Shown piece after piece: positions 1 through 13,182 of a stretch of DNA of 46,574 nt. The translations under genes and the position numbers were made by a program. A model generated the notes under the pieces. The model did not search any database. It had not been told where the DNA came from and was given only the letters and a program-made list of their open reading frames with translations. The stretch lies in the NCBI RefSeq assembly GCF_001194135.2, contig NC_068999.1, positions 39,063,309 through 39,109,882 on the forward strand, in the 5' to 3' direction. The stretch comes from Octopus bimaculoides (taxonomy: Eukaryota). Position 1 is the first letter of the stretch, and each line of letters starts with the position of its first letter.

Positions 1-39
<39 letters not shown>
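1..39. repeat. (AC)n microsatellite
   Basis: Direct dinucleotide run; representative of dozens of (TA)n, (CA)n and (CT)n runs in the window. Confidence 0.95.
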
Positions 40-43
<4 letters not shown>

Positions 44-871
44 TATAACTAATTTGAGACATTCATCTACGGGACTAATAATGACGCCAGTCGGGAGTTG
101 TGAATAAAAATTATTTATAAACAGCATAAATATTTAAATGAGTCGCAGTTTTTGGACTGCATTACCAAACAGACCATATCGTTACGATTATACAATCTTT
201 CAACACAAATAACTTCACATCGAAAGGCTATGTTTATAACTTGTATAACTTACATCATTTTAAAGCGAGTGGAGAAAACGATTAGTGATTGGTGAAGAGG
301 TGACACAACACTAAGAGTAAACTTAAATATATTTCAATTGTCAAGTTGACTTGGACCTCCAGTTTTGCCTCTCGGTTTATTTAGTATATCGAACGATATA
401 CGAAATTTTATATACCAGCCGACTTGTTTTTGAAATATAAACACATATATATATATATATANNNNNNNNNNNNNNNNNNNNNNNNNNNNNNNNNNNNNNN
501 NNNNNNNNNNNNNNNNNNNNNNNNNNNNNNNNNNNNNNNNNNNNNNNNNNNNNNNNNNNNNNNNNNNNNNNNNNNNNNNNNNNNNNNNNNNNNNNNNNNN
601 NNNNNNNNNNNNNNNNNNNNNNNNNNNNNNNNNNNNNNNNNNNNNNNNNNNNNNNNNNNNNNNNNNNNNNNNNNNNNNNNNNNNNNNNNNNNNNNNNNNN
701 NNNNNNNNNNNNNNNNNNNNNNNNNNNNNNNNNNNNNNNNNNNNNNNNNNNNNNNNNNNNNNNNNNNNNNNNNNNNNNNNNNNNNNNNNNNNNNNNNNNN
801 NNNNNNNNNNNNNNNNNNNNNNNNNNNNNNNNNNNNNNNNNNNNNNNNNNNNNNNNNNNNNNNNNNNNNNN

Positions 872-908
<37 letters not shown>

Positions 909-2007
909 TTACTTTATTCTACGTGTCATGGGATCGAAACTTCGTGCATTAAAAGTCCATTGAGGTTGATTAGTGTTATTTATTTTCCGAAACTTTCTGT
1001 CACATAAACCTATTTTTGTCGAAAATGTCTGTGTGTATAACTCTTTCTGACTATCCTTCCTATTGCAGACGAGCAGTTAAATTGATCTTAGCTTCTTTCT
1101 TGAGTTTGACACAAACACTCCAACGAGACAACGCATATTACATTCCAATAGCATCTTTGTTTAACTGACAGCCATCTAATTACCGATTCAGATTTAATAC
1201 GTTTGTTATTTTGTCATAGTCCCTGAAGATCTTATTAAAGACGGCTATAACATTGAAAAGAAGCAGATAGTACAATATACGCGTGCCAGTTAATTAAAAT
1301 CTCTACCACATATCATTTTCTCTTTCTCTCTCTCTCAATGTTTCTCATTCGTTCATCATCCTCTCTCTCTTTTTCTTCCGCCAAGAATTTAAATATAAAA
1401 ATATTCAAAGGAACAATGCATCCATTCTTGGAGATATTATGTGCATATATTTGCTGTGTTTGATTTCATATGATGGCGAAAAATAATCTCACTAAATTAT
1501 CACCGACAGCCATTTAACTTTAAACCTCTCACAATCAATTATAAATAAAATATAATTGAATAAGTAAATGGTGTCTCTTATTATCTGAAGATCTTTTTAT
1601 GTTGCAAAATATTGTATTGGCTGCATTCAATGTTACACAATGCTATTAAACTTGCCTCAAAGGAAATCAAAGTTGGTGAAGTGAGAAGTAGGTTGAATTC
1701 TTACAGGACATTATCAGATGCGATGAAACGTAAAAATAAAAAGAAGCAAAATAGAAAAAGCAAAAGCAAAACAGATAGAAACTTCATCGGCGATAATTTG
1801 TTAGGTCATGGTCGTGTGCACATTCACTTTCCAGGTATAAGTATCATGGTTCAATCTCACTGTGTATACACTTGGAGAAATGTTTTATCTCAAAGAGTCG
1901 AATTGACTGGTATATATTGCAAGTGAAGAATTTCTATGAAAACTATAAGGAAGCTCGTTAATTCTATATATATATATATATATACATATGTGTGTGTGTG
2001 TGTGTAT

Positions 2008-2086
2008 GGAGTTTCAAGCGTGATGCTAGTCTTCAGCCAGTTTGAAATTCAAAATGACTGAAGACTAGCATCACGCTTCAAATTCG
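2008..2086. repeat. Imperfect palindrome (39-bp arms, 1-nt centre) with a hammerhead-like core on each arm
   Basis: Reverse complement of 2008-2046 is TTCAAACTGGCTGAAGACTAGCATCACGCTTGAAACTCC; 2048-2086 is TTCAAAATGACTGAAGACTAGCATCACGCTTCAAATTCG (5 mismatches). Confidence 0.85.
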
Positions 2087-2097
2087 GAGTACCATTG
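2053..2097 (+). ncRNA. Degenerate minimal type I hammerhead ribozyme motif
   Basis: AATGA-CTGAAGA-CT-AGC(ATCAC)GCT-T-CAAA-TTCGGAG-TA-CCATT. The GAAA box is mutated to CAAA here but intact (GAAAC) in the mirror arm. Stem I AATG(A/G)/CCATT; GUA triplet. Confidence 0.45.
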
Positions 2098-2184
2098 AAT
2101 CTGGTTCAAACTGTTTTGATCCATACATGTAATTCCTAATAAATGTCTTGAGTGCCCTGCTTTCGTGTGTCCACTCACTCTAAT

Positions 2185-2253
<69 letters not shown>

Positions 2254-2285
2254 CACACATACACACACAATCAAAAAAGTTGTCT

Positions 2286-2505
2286 AACTGGCAGAATCGT
2301 TAGCATAGCACACTGGGCAAAATACTTAGCGGTATGTCGTCTGTCTTTACGTTCTGTGTGCAAATTCCCCCGGGGTCAATTTTGCCTTTCGTCGTTTCGG
2401 ATTCTATAAAATAATAACCGGAGAACGCTGAGGACGATATAATTAACTTATCCACCTACCGCGAAATTGCTGGCATTGTACCAGAAACTGAAACCAGTAT
2501 TATTA
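2286..2505 (+). mobile_element. SINE family A (tRNA head), degenerate
   Basis: ACTGGCAGAATCGTTAGC head, CTTAGCGGTAT, TTTGCCTTTC core and GAAATTGCTGGC...TTGT tail, all shared with other copies in the window. Confidence 0.75.
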
Positions 2506-3029
2506 AATGGAAGGCTGTCCTTGGCTCCTGTTCTGACCTCAGAAGGAATTAACTTTGCATATTGAAGAACGACCATGCTGTATGAAGCACAGTTTCAGAA
2601 GGAAACCCAAATAACTGAGATAGCTATCATACTTGCAGGAATCATTCACTTGAAGATCGGAAAGGAAATTAACAAATGACGGATAGTCCCGTTCTTCCTC
2701 CCACTTCTTCGTTCCCATGTCGTTGTTGTTACTGGTTGTGGATGCAGTTTAGAAATATTGTTGGGGAGAGGAGGGGAGAAGGCAAGGTTTTTGTTAGGAG
2801 TGATTGTAATAATGCTTCTGGGATTGTTTTGTTAATGATGATGATGATGACATATATTATACAGTATGTTGAAGAGAGTAAAAGCGAGAGAGAGAAAGAA
2901 AGTGAATGAAATAGAGAGGTGTAACATGATTGAAAATAGTTAAATGTTGAGAAACTATACATGTTGATTAACCAATTTCTCATTTAGCTCTACCAATCTC
3001 ATTATCACTTCCTCCTTTACGATTAACAG

Positions 3030-3195
3030 GCCAACTTACCTATTCCAAGTCCAACAGGAGTACTGTGGCGCAGTTCCTCGTCTTCATCGTCCATCTCTTC
3101 AAGCCGTACGAATTCCGCTGCCAGTTCCAGCAGAAGTAGCCTCAGTGATAGAGAGGCAAAGAAATTAGCGTTAGTCACAGTTGGCACTGAAATAG
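3030..3195 (+). CDS. Candidate internal exon, Ser-rich, gene unidentified
   Basis: Acceptor cttcctcctttacgattaacAG, donor AG|GTGAGT, open frame ANLPIPSPTGVLWRSSSSSSSISSSRTNSAASSSRSSLSDREAKKLALVTVGTEI(G), GC higher than flanks. An alternative minus-strand exon is also possible (see findings). Confidence 0.45.
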
Positions 3196-3681
3196 GTGAG
3201 TGTTACATCTGCAGTTATTACTCTTTTATACACACACACACATTCACACGCACACACGTACATTCACACTCTCATAGTGTGGGATGTGTTTGCGGAAATA
3301 TTTGGTAATTTACTAGAAAATCACTAATCTCGAAAAAATCAATCGATTTTAAGAAATATTTGGGTAGGACCTGTTGATATGTTTTCTCAGAAGATTATTC
3401 TCTGAATCCGCTTTCTATTTCAATGACTGCTTCTGAAATCATTGCTATTCCTGTACTAAATGAACCTTATTCATTTCGGATATCGCCTGGCCATTGGCCG
3501 TCTTAAGTGAAGCTATGGTATTTTGAGGATTTTCGTTAGTCACCTTTTCAATAACTCTCCAAATCTATAAAGAATCAAAGGACGAAACACTTGTATAGGA
3601 CCTGTGTAGGTGGCTCTTCTATGGATGTTTTCTGTTTTTCGGATCTCCCTAAAAATTTCTTGTAGCTAAGATTTACGTGTA

Positions 3682-3880
3682 ACTGAAGGCTGAGTCGTTA
3701 GCACGTCAGCTAAAATGCTTAGCAGTATTTCGTCCGTTTTAAAGTTCTGAGTTCAAATTCCACTGGTTTCGACCTTCCATTTCTGAGTCGATAAAATAAG
3801 TAGCATTTGAGTACTGGGTTTGATGTAATCAACTTTAACCCTTTCTCCGAAATTACTGGCCTTGTGCCAAAATTTGAATC
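3682..3880 (+). mobile_element. SINE family A
   Basis: TCGTTAGCAC..AAATGCTTAG..TTCTGAGTTCAAATTCC (B-box), GTCGATAAAATAAGTA core, CCGAAATTACTGGCCTTGTGCCAAAATTTGAA tail. Confidence 0.85.
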
Positions 3881-4172
3881 TGATATTTATGACGGATTGT
3901 GTTTTTCTGCAATTGTACGTCAGTGTGCGTGTGGACTACACTTTTTAAGAGAGTATGGCGCAGGCTCCGATCTACGGAGCGTGTGATTCTCGTAATGTAT
4001 TGTACACATGAGGTAAAAATACCCGCGTATATTTTTCGTTTCATGATGCAGAAATAAAACGAAAAACATAAATACAGAAACTAAAGACGTCATTAATGAT
4101 TTTCTTGTTGTTTCTGTTGTTTAATCGCAGGACAGCTCTTAGCAAACAACATTGTTGTTGTTATTATTATTA

Positions 4173-4400
4173 GGTGGCGATCTGGCAGGATCGTTAGCAC
4201 GCCGGCGAAATGCTTAGCGGTATTTCGTCTGCCGATCCGTTCGGAGTTCAAATTCCGCCGAGGTCGACTTTGCCTTTCATCTTTCGGAGTCGATTAAATA
4301 AGTACGAGTTACGCACTGGGGTCGATATATTCGGTTTAATCCCTTTGCCTGTCCTTGTTTGTCCCCTCTATATTTAGCCCCTTGTGGGCAATAAAGAAAT
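4173..4400 (+). mobile_element. SINE family A, near full length (tRNA head; central domain resembles the Meta/MESC-type core)
   Basis: A-box-like TGGCAGGATCGTT, B-box GAGTTCAAATTCC, core GGTCGACTTTGCCTTTCATC..GTCGATTAAATAAGTAC, tail CTGTCCTTGT..CCTTGTGGGCAATAAAGAAAT then (AAT)n. Superfamily name is from memory. Confidence 0.9.
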
Positions 4401-4989
4401 AATAATAATTATTATTAACCATCCTATTATTTCAAGCTTCTTGCAGTTACACCACCATCTTATTTTAAACGTAACCCCTGATAACATTATCCAATGTATC
4501 CTTCCGTGAATCTAGCGCTATTCCTAGTAGGATATATAGTCAACAACCTTGCGGATCTCTAAGTGCTGAGTCTTAGAACTCCTAAAGGAATTCATGAAGC
4601 TTAGTAGGCATTGTTCAGTCTGTATCGTCAGCTTAATATTTGTTGAAAAAATCGCTATAAAACAAAACCACGATTATAATACTCATACGCCTCCTCTTTT
4701 TCTCCCTCTGGACCAGAAAGAATGAATTGCAAACAATTATTACAGTATTTACATATTTCACCAACACAAAGAAGAGCAACTATACAATAATACTTTATAC
4801 ATTATCGTTATTAAAAGAAGAATGAACTAAATAAATATGAGCTGATGATTACAAAGTGTTTATTGTACGTACGCTGCAGACATACGTACATGCAAATAGA
4901 CACAAAAACACACAGATATATACATACTCACGTACATGCACAACCGCTCGCACACATATATGCATATACATCGCCTGGACACACAAAGC

Positions 4990-5052
<63 letters not shown>

Positions 5053-6413
5053 NNNNNNNNNNNNNNNNNNNNNNNNNNNNNNNNNNNNNNNNNNNNNNNN
5101 NNNNNNNNNNNNNNNNNNNNNNNNNNNNNNNNNNNNNNNNNNNNNNNNNNNNNNNNNNNNNNNNNNNNNNNNNNNNNNNNNNNNNNNNNNNNNNNNNNNN
5201 NNNNNNNNNNNNNNNNNNNNNNNNNNNNNNNNNNNNNNNNNNNNNNNNNNNNNNNNNNNNNNNNNNNNNNNNNNNNNNNNNNNNNNNNNNNNNNNNNNNN
5301 NNNNNNNNNNNNNNNNNNNNNNNNNNNNNNNNNNNNNNNNNNNNNNNNNNNNNNNNNNNNNNNNNNNNNNNNNNNNNNNNNNNNNNNNNNNNNNNNNNNN
5401 NNNNNNNNNNNNNNNNNNNNNNNNNNNNNNNNNNNNNNNNNNNNNNNNNNNNNNNNNNNNNNNNNNNNNNNNNNNNNNNNNNNNNNNNNNNNNNNNNNNN
5501 NNNNNNNNNNNNNNNNNNNNNNNNNNNNNNNNNNNNNNNNNNNNNNNNNNNNNNNNNNNNNNNNNNNNNNNNNNNNNNNNNNNNNNNNNNNNNNNNNNNN
5601 NNNNNNNNNNNNNNNNNNNNNNNNNNNNNNNNNNNNNNNNNNNNNNNNNNNNNNNNNNNNNNNNNNNNNNNNNNNNNNNNNNNNNNNNNNNNNNNNNNNN
5701 NNNNNNNNNNNNNNNNNNNNNNNNNNNNNNNNNNNNNNNNNNNNNNNNNNNNNNNNNNNNNNNNNNNNNNNNNNNNNNNNNNNNNNNNNNNNNNNNNNNN
5801 NNNNNNNNNNNNNNNNNNNNNNNNATATTGTATGTATATACTGTATGTATATTTTGTGAATATATATATGTATATACATATATATATATATATCGTGTTT
5901 ATGTATATTTATAAATTATGTGTATATATTATGTAAATATAATATATATATATATATATATGTTTGTGTGTGTGTGAGTGTATTTGTTTGTGTGTGTGTG
6001 TGTGTGTATTGTATAAAATAGACGACTATGTTTTTGTTTCAGCCGTTTCATCAGGTTTCGCTGTTACCTTTTTCGTATGAGTACTCCGCTCTTTCTTTTC
6101 TGTTTTTCTAACATTGAACACTCTAGATCTAACAGGTAATATGCATAAAATATCATAATTTTCAATTGTGAAACGAATGATGTAGGATTATGTTGTCTTT
6201 CATCGTTATCAAGCTGAAGCAATGAGATTTGTTTCGACGTTACAAACAGAATTTGAAATTGAAATTTTAACCTACGTTTTGTTCCGTTATCAACGATTTA
6301 CCTATTTTCCATGTGACCAGGGCTTCCAGTTTGTTCTCATATTTTTTTTTTTTTTTGCCTCGTGCCATTATATAAGTATTCCTTCCTCGGTATGAGAGGA
6401 TTAGTTGGCATAG

Positions 6414-6445
<32 letters not shown>

Positions 6446-6650
6446 ATACTTTTCACTTCCCGAGCATTGAACTAATACATATGTTTGTTGTCTACACCAC
6501 CTGTTTTCGTCTTTTGTCTTTTTGTGAATTCTCTCCTTATATANNNNNNNNNNNNNNNNNNNNNNNNNNNNNNNNNNNNNNNNNNNNNNNTATATATATA
6601 TATATATACTCATACACACAGAAACACACACACACATATATATATATATC

Positions 6651-6682
<32 letters not shown>

Positions 6683-7329
6683 ACGTGTGTATATATGTAT
6701 CTACACGTGTGCCATTGGCGATTTGTTTTTCTTCTTTGGAGTTCTCCCTTTCTCCTTTCCGACAGAGCCATACTCCAAACGTCAAACTATCTCCCTTCAC
6801 CGAGCGTCAAGCTAATACCTTTCTTGTGCACGCCTCCTCACGTTCGTTTGTATTCGTTTTTTTGAATCAACCACACACACACACACATCACTGGTTGTTA
6901 AATTGTTCTCGAGTTTAAATGATTGTGATTTGTTAGTGATTGAAATGTTTAATATTCGTAGAATATTATTCCTATATTGTCTTTTATGGCGCTTTTAATA
7001 TTTTTGTAGCTATTTCACATAATACGCTAAACAACCAAATATACAGAACTTCAAAATCTTACTTTTAGCATGAAATGAGGTTGGCGAGTTTGGCTGGCCG
7101 TTTCTAATAATCAGGGATCAATGTGTTTGGTGTCGACGTAGGCGAGAAAATTTATATTTCTGGATAAGTAATCAAGGGTATACATTTGCAATTTGTATAG
7201 ACATTCTCAAAGTATAATTCAACCTTGTACTTTTCTGTGAATGTTTCTTCTCTTATCAATTGAATAGTCTTGTAGGGTGTTCTCTTGCATAGACATACGT
7301 AATAGCCGCACTCCACACACACACTGTCA

Positions 7330-7332
<3 letters not shown>

Positions 7333-7387
<55 letters not shown>
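7333..7387. repeat. (CT)n(CA)n compound microsatellite
   Basis: Direct. Confidence 0.9.
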
Positions 7388-8841
7388 TTGCTGTTTGTGT
7401 ATTTTTGTGTATGTCGGTTGTTTTTAAATAATGCGATGTATATGCTCATTTCATTTTGTTGAATTCTTCAGTTATTTCATTTCGAAGTGTATTTGTCAGA
7501 ATACCTGCTGATGATTTATTTGAGGTTCATCTCCTGGGATTGTTTTCCAGTTCTTCGTTTGTGGTGTATAATCTAAACTTCCTTTACCTAGACGAGAATT
7601 TAGATTCTAAATCTTCATCTAAGTTAGAAACTTTATATTACTTGAAAATTTCGTGTGAAAGTTAGCTTCTAATATCACATTGGTAGTAAGATGTACGTTT
7701 ACGATATAAGCTAAGTATGTAAAGAGAATATTGTATAATGGTTTGAATCGAGAAAGAGGAATACACGAATGCTTGGAAACAAATTAATACAAATATACAA
7801 CTCCTTCAATAGTATTACTAAAAACTATTTAGTAAGACAACGATTTCATTCCAAAAGTACAAAAAGAAACATTATGTTCATTGCACCGAACGCACTATTA
7901 CTTTCTATGCTTACCTGGAGACAGCAATTGTTTACACACATAAGAAGAGATTGGCAGCATCATGATTGAAAAAACGTTTAGATATTATTCTAACAAATAT
8001 GAATAAAAGAAATGTTGGTCTAATTAATTATTTATCTTTACGTTTACTTCAAAGACTCGGAATATGTTTCTGCTAGCATGGCAGCAATGTAGTCATTTCT
8101 GATATCTCTTGCAGCTAATAAATATNNNNNNNNNNNNNNNNNNNNNNNNNNNNNNNNNNNNNNNNNNNNNNNNNNNNNNNNNNNNNNNNNNNNNNNNNNN
8201 NNNNNNNNNNNNNNNNNNNNNNNNNATATATATATATGCACAAAAACACACATTACCTCTGTACAATATACACACTACAGACATTAAAAACAATTTCTTA
8301 GTATTACTCTTTTTTTGTATTTTTCACTTTTTAGATTATTTGTGTTTTAGAATTTTATCTATTTTTTCATTTACTAATCTTGCTATAGGTTTTTTAAAAA
8401 AAAGAAAACACTGTCCTCACCCCTCCCAAAACAAAATAGAACAAGTATATATGTCGTCAACGAAATAATACTTCAGAAGCGTAACTTATGTTGCTGTTGT
8501 GGAGAAATGTTTAACTGTGTATAGAGTTTTGCACAGTCGCCATTTTTGAAGTAATTCTTGTTTCAATATGGCTTCAGAATTAGCAGCTAAAAGTGTTTTC
8601 CACGGTGGTAGCTGTAGCCTCATTAACGTAAACAAACTCCCTGCCCAATTATTTTCAAACACGAGAAACACTCTTTAAAAAAATGCTAACAATGTGAACA
8701 CAAAACAAACAGACACAGCTTCAAGCATCAATATTTACAGTCGTAAAATTTGTAAAATGCAAAACATATATAAAAGAATGATATTGAATGTGTTACTTTG
8801 AAATATATAGTTTTAGAGACTCTAACTTGCTTTAGTAATAG

Positions 8842-8985
8842 GGTTGCAGCCGTGGCGGAGCACTGCCTTGCAGGGTTAGTCGGACAAATCGACATCAGGA
8901 CTTCATTTCACGTTGTCTGCTATTTATTCTATCGTTTTCTTTTGCCGAACCGTTAATTTCTAGGGACATAAACAAAGAACACACC
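8842..8985 (-). mobile_element. SINE family B 3' module, degenerate
   Basis: Reverse complement resembles 40030-40200 (ACCGCC..TTAGTCGAGCAAATCGAC; TTTGCCGAACCG..). Confidence 0.65.
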
Positions 8986-9111
8986 TGTGTTGGTATGCAA
9001 ATGCCCTGGTATCTTTGCCGGTCTCATTCTTTTCCATTCCTCACAGCTGGCACGAAAGAATGTCAGCCGAATTAAATCTCTGAAATAAAGTTGAATTAAA
9101 CAGACATCTTA

Positions 9112-9300
9112 TATTGGTTTCAACCTTTGCCACAAAGCCAGCAATTTCGATCCTCCAGTAAGCAACTGGTACTTATTTCCTCGACCCAGAAACGATAAAA
9201 ACCAAAATCGATCTTGACATAATTTGAACTCAGAATATAAAGACAGACAAAATACTGCTAAACTTACAGCACAGCGTGCTAACCATTCAGCCAGCTTTCC
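9112..9300 (-). mobile_element. SINE family A
   Basis: ATTTGAACTCAGAA (reverse B-box), GGTACTTATTT..TCGACCC (reverse core), GCTAACCATTCAGCCAG (reverse head). Confidence 0.85.
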
Positions 9301-10943
9301 GCTTTTATTCATTCATCTCAATTTACTTGCTCATATAACATCGATTCTGCTGTTTTACTCAATTCTGTAGATTGAAAAGTGTATAACTTACAAAAAAGAG
9401 AGGTATAAAACTCTCTATAACTGGAGTCTAGATGAAGAGCTTGCATTGCTTTATGTGTTAAGCTCGCGTTTTCTATTCAGTACTAAGATATGCTCTATGT
9501 AATGAAACATCTCCCTCTTTCTCCCTCTTCTGCCCCTACCCACATATTCAGGTATGTATCAATTGTAAAGGTGTATGCTGGGGGAGGGGAGAATTTTTAT
9601 ATCTAACTCTAAACATTTTAATTTTTAGTTTCAAGGAAACAAACATTTGACCTTCTCTCTGGAATATAGTAATAATTTCTCCATTTTGTTTCTGCACTTC
9701 TGTAGCTTCAACAGATGACAACTCTTAAATACAAACACGCGCACACTCACACATATACGTTTCGAAAGACACTTGCACACGTGTGTGGACATATTTATAT
9801 CATATAAACACATAGAAACTATGTCTCTCTCTTTCTCTCTATCTATCTCTCTCTCTCCCACACCCACCCATATACACGCATAAATATAAGGATATATATA
9901 TATATATACATGAGTGTGTAACTGCGGTTGTATGCATGCCAATACAATGATACCTGTTTTAACGTCGAATCATTTATTCACACACACACACACACACACG
10001 AACACACACACGAGTTTGTATGTGCTTATACATGTTTATATTTTCTATCTTTCACACAATCACACTCGCTGATATATATTTGTGTATATTTGATTGACGG
10101 TGATATATGTAAAAAAAAAAAATTCTGTTTTTGTTATTCAAAACCAGCAACCAATGAACATTTGCTTCTGCAAATATAGTTTTTGATAGTTATTTCGGTA
10201 CCTCTGCCCCAATTCCACCCTCAAAAATGATGTTATCTTATCGTTTGTAATAAAAAAATATATCCAAATGATGAATGGTTTCAAATGATATTTATCACAA
10301 TTCTGAGCACCATGCTCTACAATTTACCGTTTTGGATGAACAATATAGATTCATTGCGGGAGTAAATAACCATTTCTCAAGAATTATAGGAATAAATGAT
10401 GTTTAACATTTAAATATATGAGGGAAAAGGTTTCATTTTTTTTATATCTGTTTCAGACTGGAATTAATTTTAGAGATGAAAAATTCGATTCCTTTTTTTT
10501 CTATTTTGCTGGTGATATTTACATGTACAGTAAAGTACTATCGCTCTTATCTCGGACCCAGACGTCATTTAAATGTGGTGTAGTATAAATGTAAATATAA
10601 ATAAACTCTTGACTTGGGCGATTGTTACTCTGTTTCATGCTTTTATTCAACAAGCGGTTGCAATAGTGATATCATCTCATAATGTCGGTGCATGAGTCTC
10701 TGTGGCACGTTAGATTTGGTGGAATTTTGTAGATCAAAATAATCGAACACTTTCCATACATTTCGAGGCTTACGTTTATGTAAGACAACTGTATTTATAA
10801 TCGGTGTTTAATTAATATTCTTCTATGTGATATATGAATATAACTGTGTTTACATCGATACACACACCCTCACACTTCTACGAATATGAGAATAAAATTA
10901 TATATGCACGTTACATATGAAACTATATATGAATCTATCTCTT

Positions 10944-11008
<65 letters not shown>

Positions 11009-12369
11009 GTGTGTGCGTGTAGTGTCGAAATTTACGTGGAAACTAGTCGAAGAAGTGATATTAGTTTAATGCTTCATGCACAATGATATATTAAGCAACG
11101 AAGTGTTTGTAACGTTTCGAGAATAACACTTCTTCAAATAGGTTACATTGATGGAAGTAGGAACGTTCAGTGTTCCTTCTTTTTGAGTACTTTTCTACCC
11201 GTTCTTTAGATGTCCATTGTTGACAACGAAGTAGTAAACAGTGAAAAAATTAGCCAGGTAGAAAGAACACTAAACATCTATGTAATACCTTAAAATTATG
11301 TAAGATCCGTTTGGTGTTTCCTTTGAAACGTATGTAACGCTCACTGACGTCCTCTATTCACTGAAACGACTGATTGATAATTGCATTATTTATAACTTTT
11401 CTTGCAATATAGTGGAGTTGTAAAGTTGTATTTGTTTCGTAATTTCCATCTAATTCAATATGGGACGAAGTGAATTGCATACGTTGATTAATAAACTTTA
11501 TTGATTGAGTATCATCTCCATTGTGTTATCGATACAATCTGCTTGAAGCTAAACAATTGTTTGTACCACGACGATTTTCGATCTCACCACTTAAATATTA
11601 TTTTTATTGTTGTTATTATTATTATCATCATCATCATATGTATAATGCCATTAGGAATATCAATAATTATAGAAAACAATAGGTGCAAAAGACAAAAGAA
11701 TACGTGGCTCTTTTTCAGTCTGTCTGATAACGAAAATATTGTCTTATTTCAAATACCAGCGTCTGAGAGAGTTGTCAAACTCAATTGAACAAAAATGCCT
11801 TGAAATAGAACAAAAATTTATTATTGTTTTATAGCATAAATATAAAATAGTAATATCAATAATATTTTTTTAAGAAAAAAAGTGGTAAAATTGATATGTA
11901 TCGTATGTTATTATCATTTTAAATATTGCTATGTATCCGTAAAATATGAAACACCAATACTTATGAGAATTGAGTGTTTAAGTCAACTTGCAGACAAGAA
12001 AAATATTATGATGACAAAATATGATTAAAATATTATTTAATGTCCTTAATGTCTACACACTGTGTTGTTAGTCTTAATGCGAAGCAAAACACTCAGACAC
12101 ATACTTGCGTATATACATACGTACATACATACTAGTGAATAACATTGTAGTTCACTTGAAGCATTGTCGTACGAGAAGTAGGAAATGAGAAATAATGCAA
12201 GTTTCTCGAAATGCTGGAAATCTTTTAAAGACCTTTACATTTCGAGCGCAAGGGCTTATTTTCAGAAGGATACAATCAAGGAAATGTGTGTTAAAGGGCT
12301 ATTTTAAAAAATTTCAACCTTGTTAGAGGCTTTCGTTATATCTCCTTTCCTTCATCGTGTGTATTTAGA

Positions 12370-12425
<56 letters not shown>

Positions 12426-12788
12426 CACATACGCACACATACATATATACATGTGTGCGTGAGTGTGGGTGTGTATATATATATATATATATATACAAAG
12501 TTAATTGCAGAATAAAACCCTTAGGTCATCGACTCAAAAAGCCGTAGCCCACCAATGACCACATATAAGAAGTACAACATTGACCACAAAACCAAATTAG
12601 TAAAGGGAAGTCAAAAGTTTTATACATAAGAATAAAAATCGATTAAAAATACAATAGAATAATATAAATAAATAAACTGCGATTAAAAAGTTGATTAAAA
12701 TTATTAGAGACCGGTACAATTTCAGTAGAATAAATATATATATATATATAGAAAAAATATAGAGAACAAAAATAATACATAGGGAAAC

Positions 12789-13182
12789 GTAGCACAACAG
12801 TTCATTCGCTGAAGCTAATAGCCAAAAAAAAGTTCAAGATAAATAGTACGAAAGTTCAACTACCTCCCTCATGACAGCCAATTTAGTAGGTAAAATCCAA
12901 TTTGATAAACAGGAATACCGAAGTGCACGGGACAAAGCAACAACAGAACATCCAATGTGTGGCAAAGTAAAATCCAAGTTTCACCATTCCGCAGGTAACA
13001 TCAGTAAAGTCAAACTATAAACATCATTTACAGTGGATTACAAGTATAGGTGAAACACAAACACAGAACACCCATGGCCATTTCGGGCGTATATCACCGT
13101 ATTTAGGCCACAATAGTGCACAAATTGGTGATAACCCCTTCTTCAGGGTAAAAAAGACACACAGACATCAACGAAGTCACCA
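12789..13182 (-). repeat. Left arm of long inverted repeat (pLTR/retrozyme-like, HHR-bearing); probably extends outward to (TA)n near 12495
   Basis: Reverse complement matches 14849-15246 over about 395 bp, roughly 90% by eye; both begin TGGTGACTTCGTTGATGTCTGTGTGTCTTTTTTACCCTGAAGAAGGGG. Confidence 0.92.
13070..13150 (-). ncRNA. Type I hammerhead ribozyme motif, long stem II, palindromic stem III (H17=G in this copy)
   Basis: Minus strand: TACC-CTGAAGA-A-GGGGTTATCACC...GGTGATATACGCCC-GAAA-TGGCCA-TG-GGT; stem I ACC/GGT; stem III palindrome ATGGCCAT. Confidence 0.75.

Noticed and set aside
424-963. Long ORFs spanning N-runs (also at 4845-5936, 15191-16148, 30519-31125, 33302-33919, 34582-35044)
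   Set aside because: Open only because NNN is not a stop; flanks are (TA)n/(CA)n translations.
1612-1926. 104-aa Lys-rich ORF and possible 30-nt exon GHGRVHIHFP
   Set aside because: Lys run derives from an A-rich low-complexity tract; weak donor; no recognisable domain.
4173-4260. tRNA gene
   Set aside because: A/B boxes belong to SINE heads; no cloverleaf, and each is followed by SINE core and tail.
6030-6066. Minus-strand CTGATGA..GAAAC
   Set aside because: No pairable stem II between the boxes.
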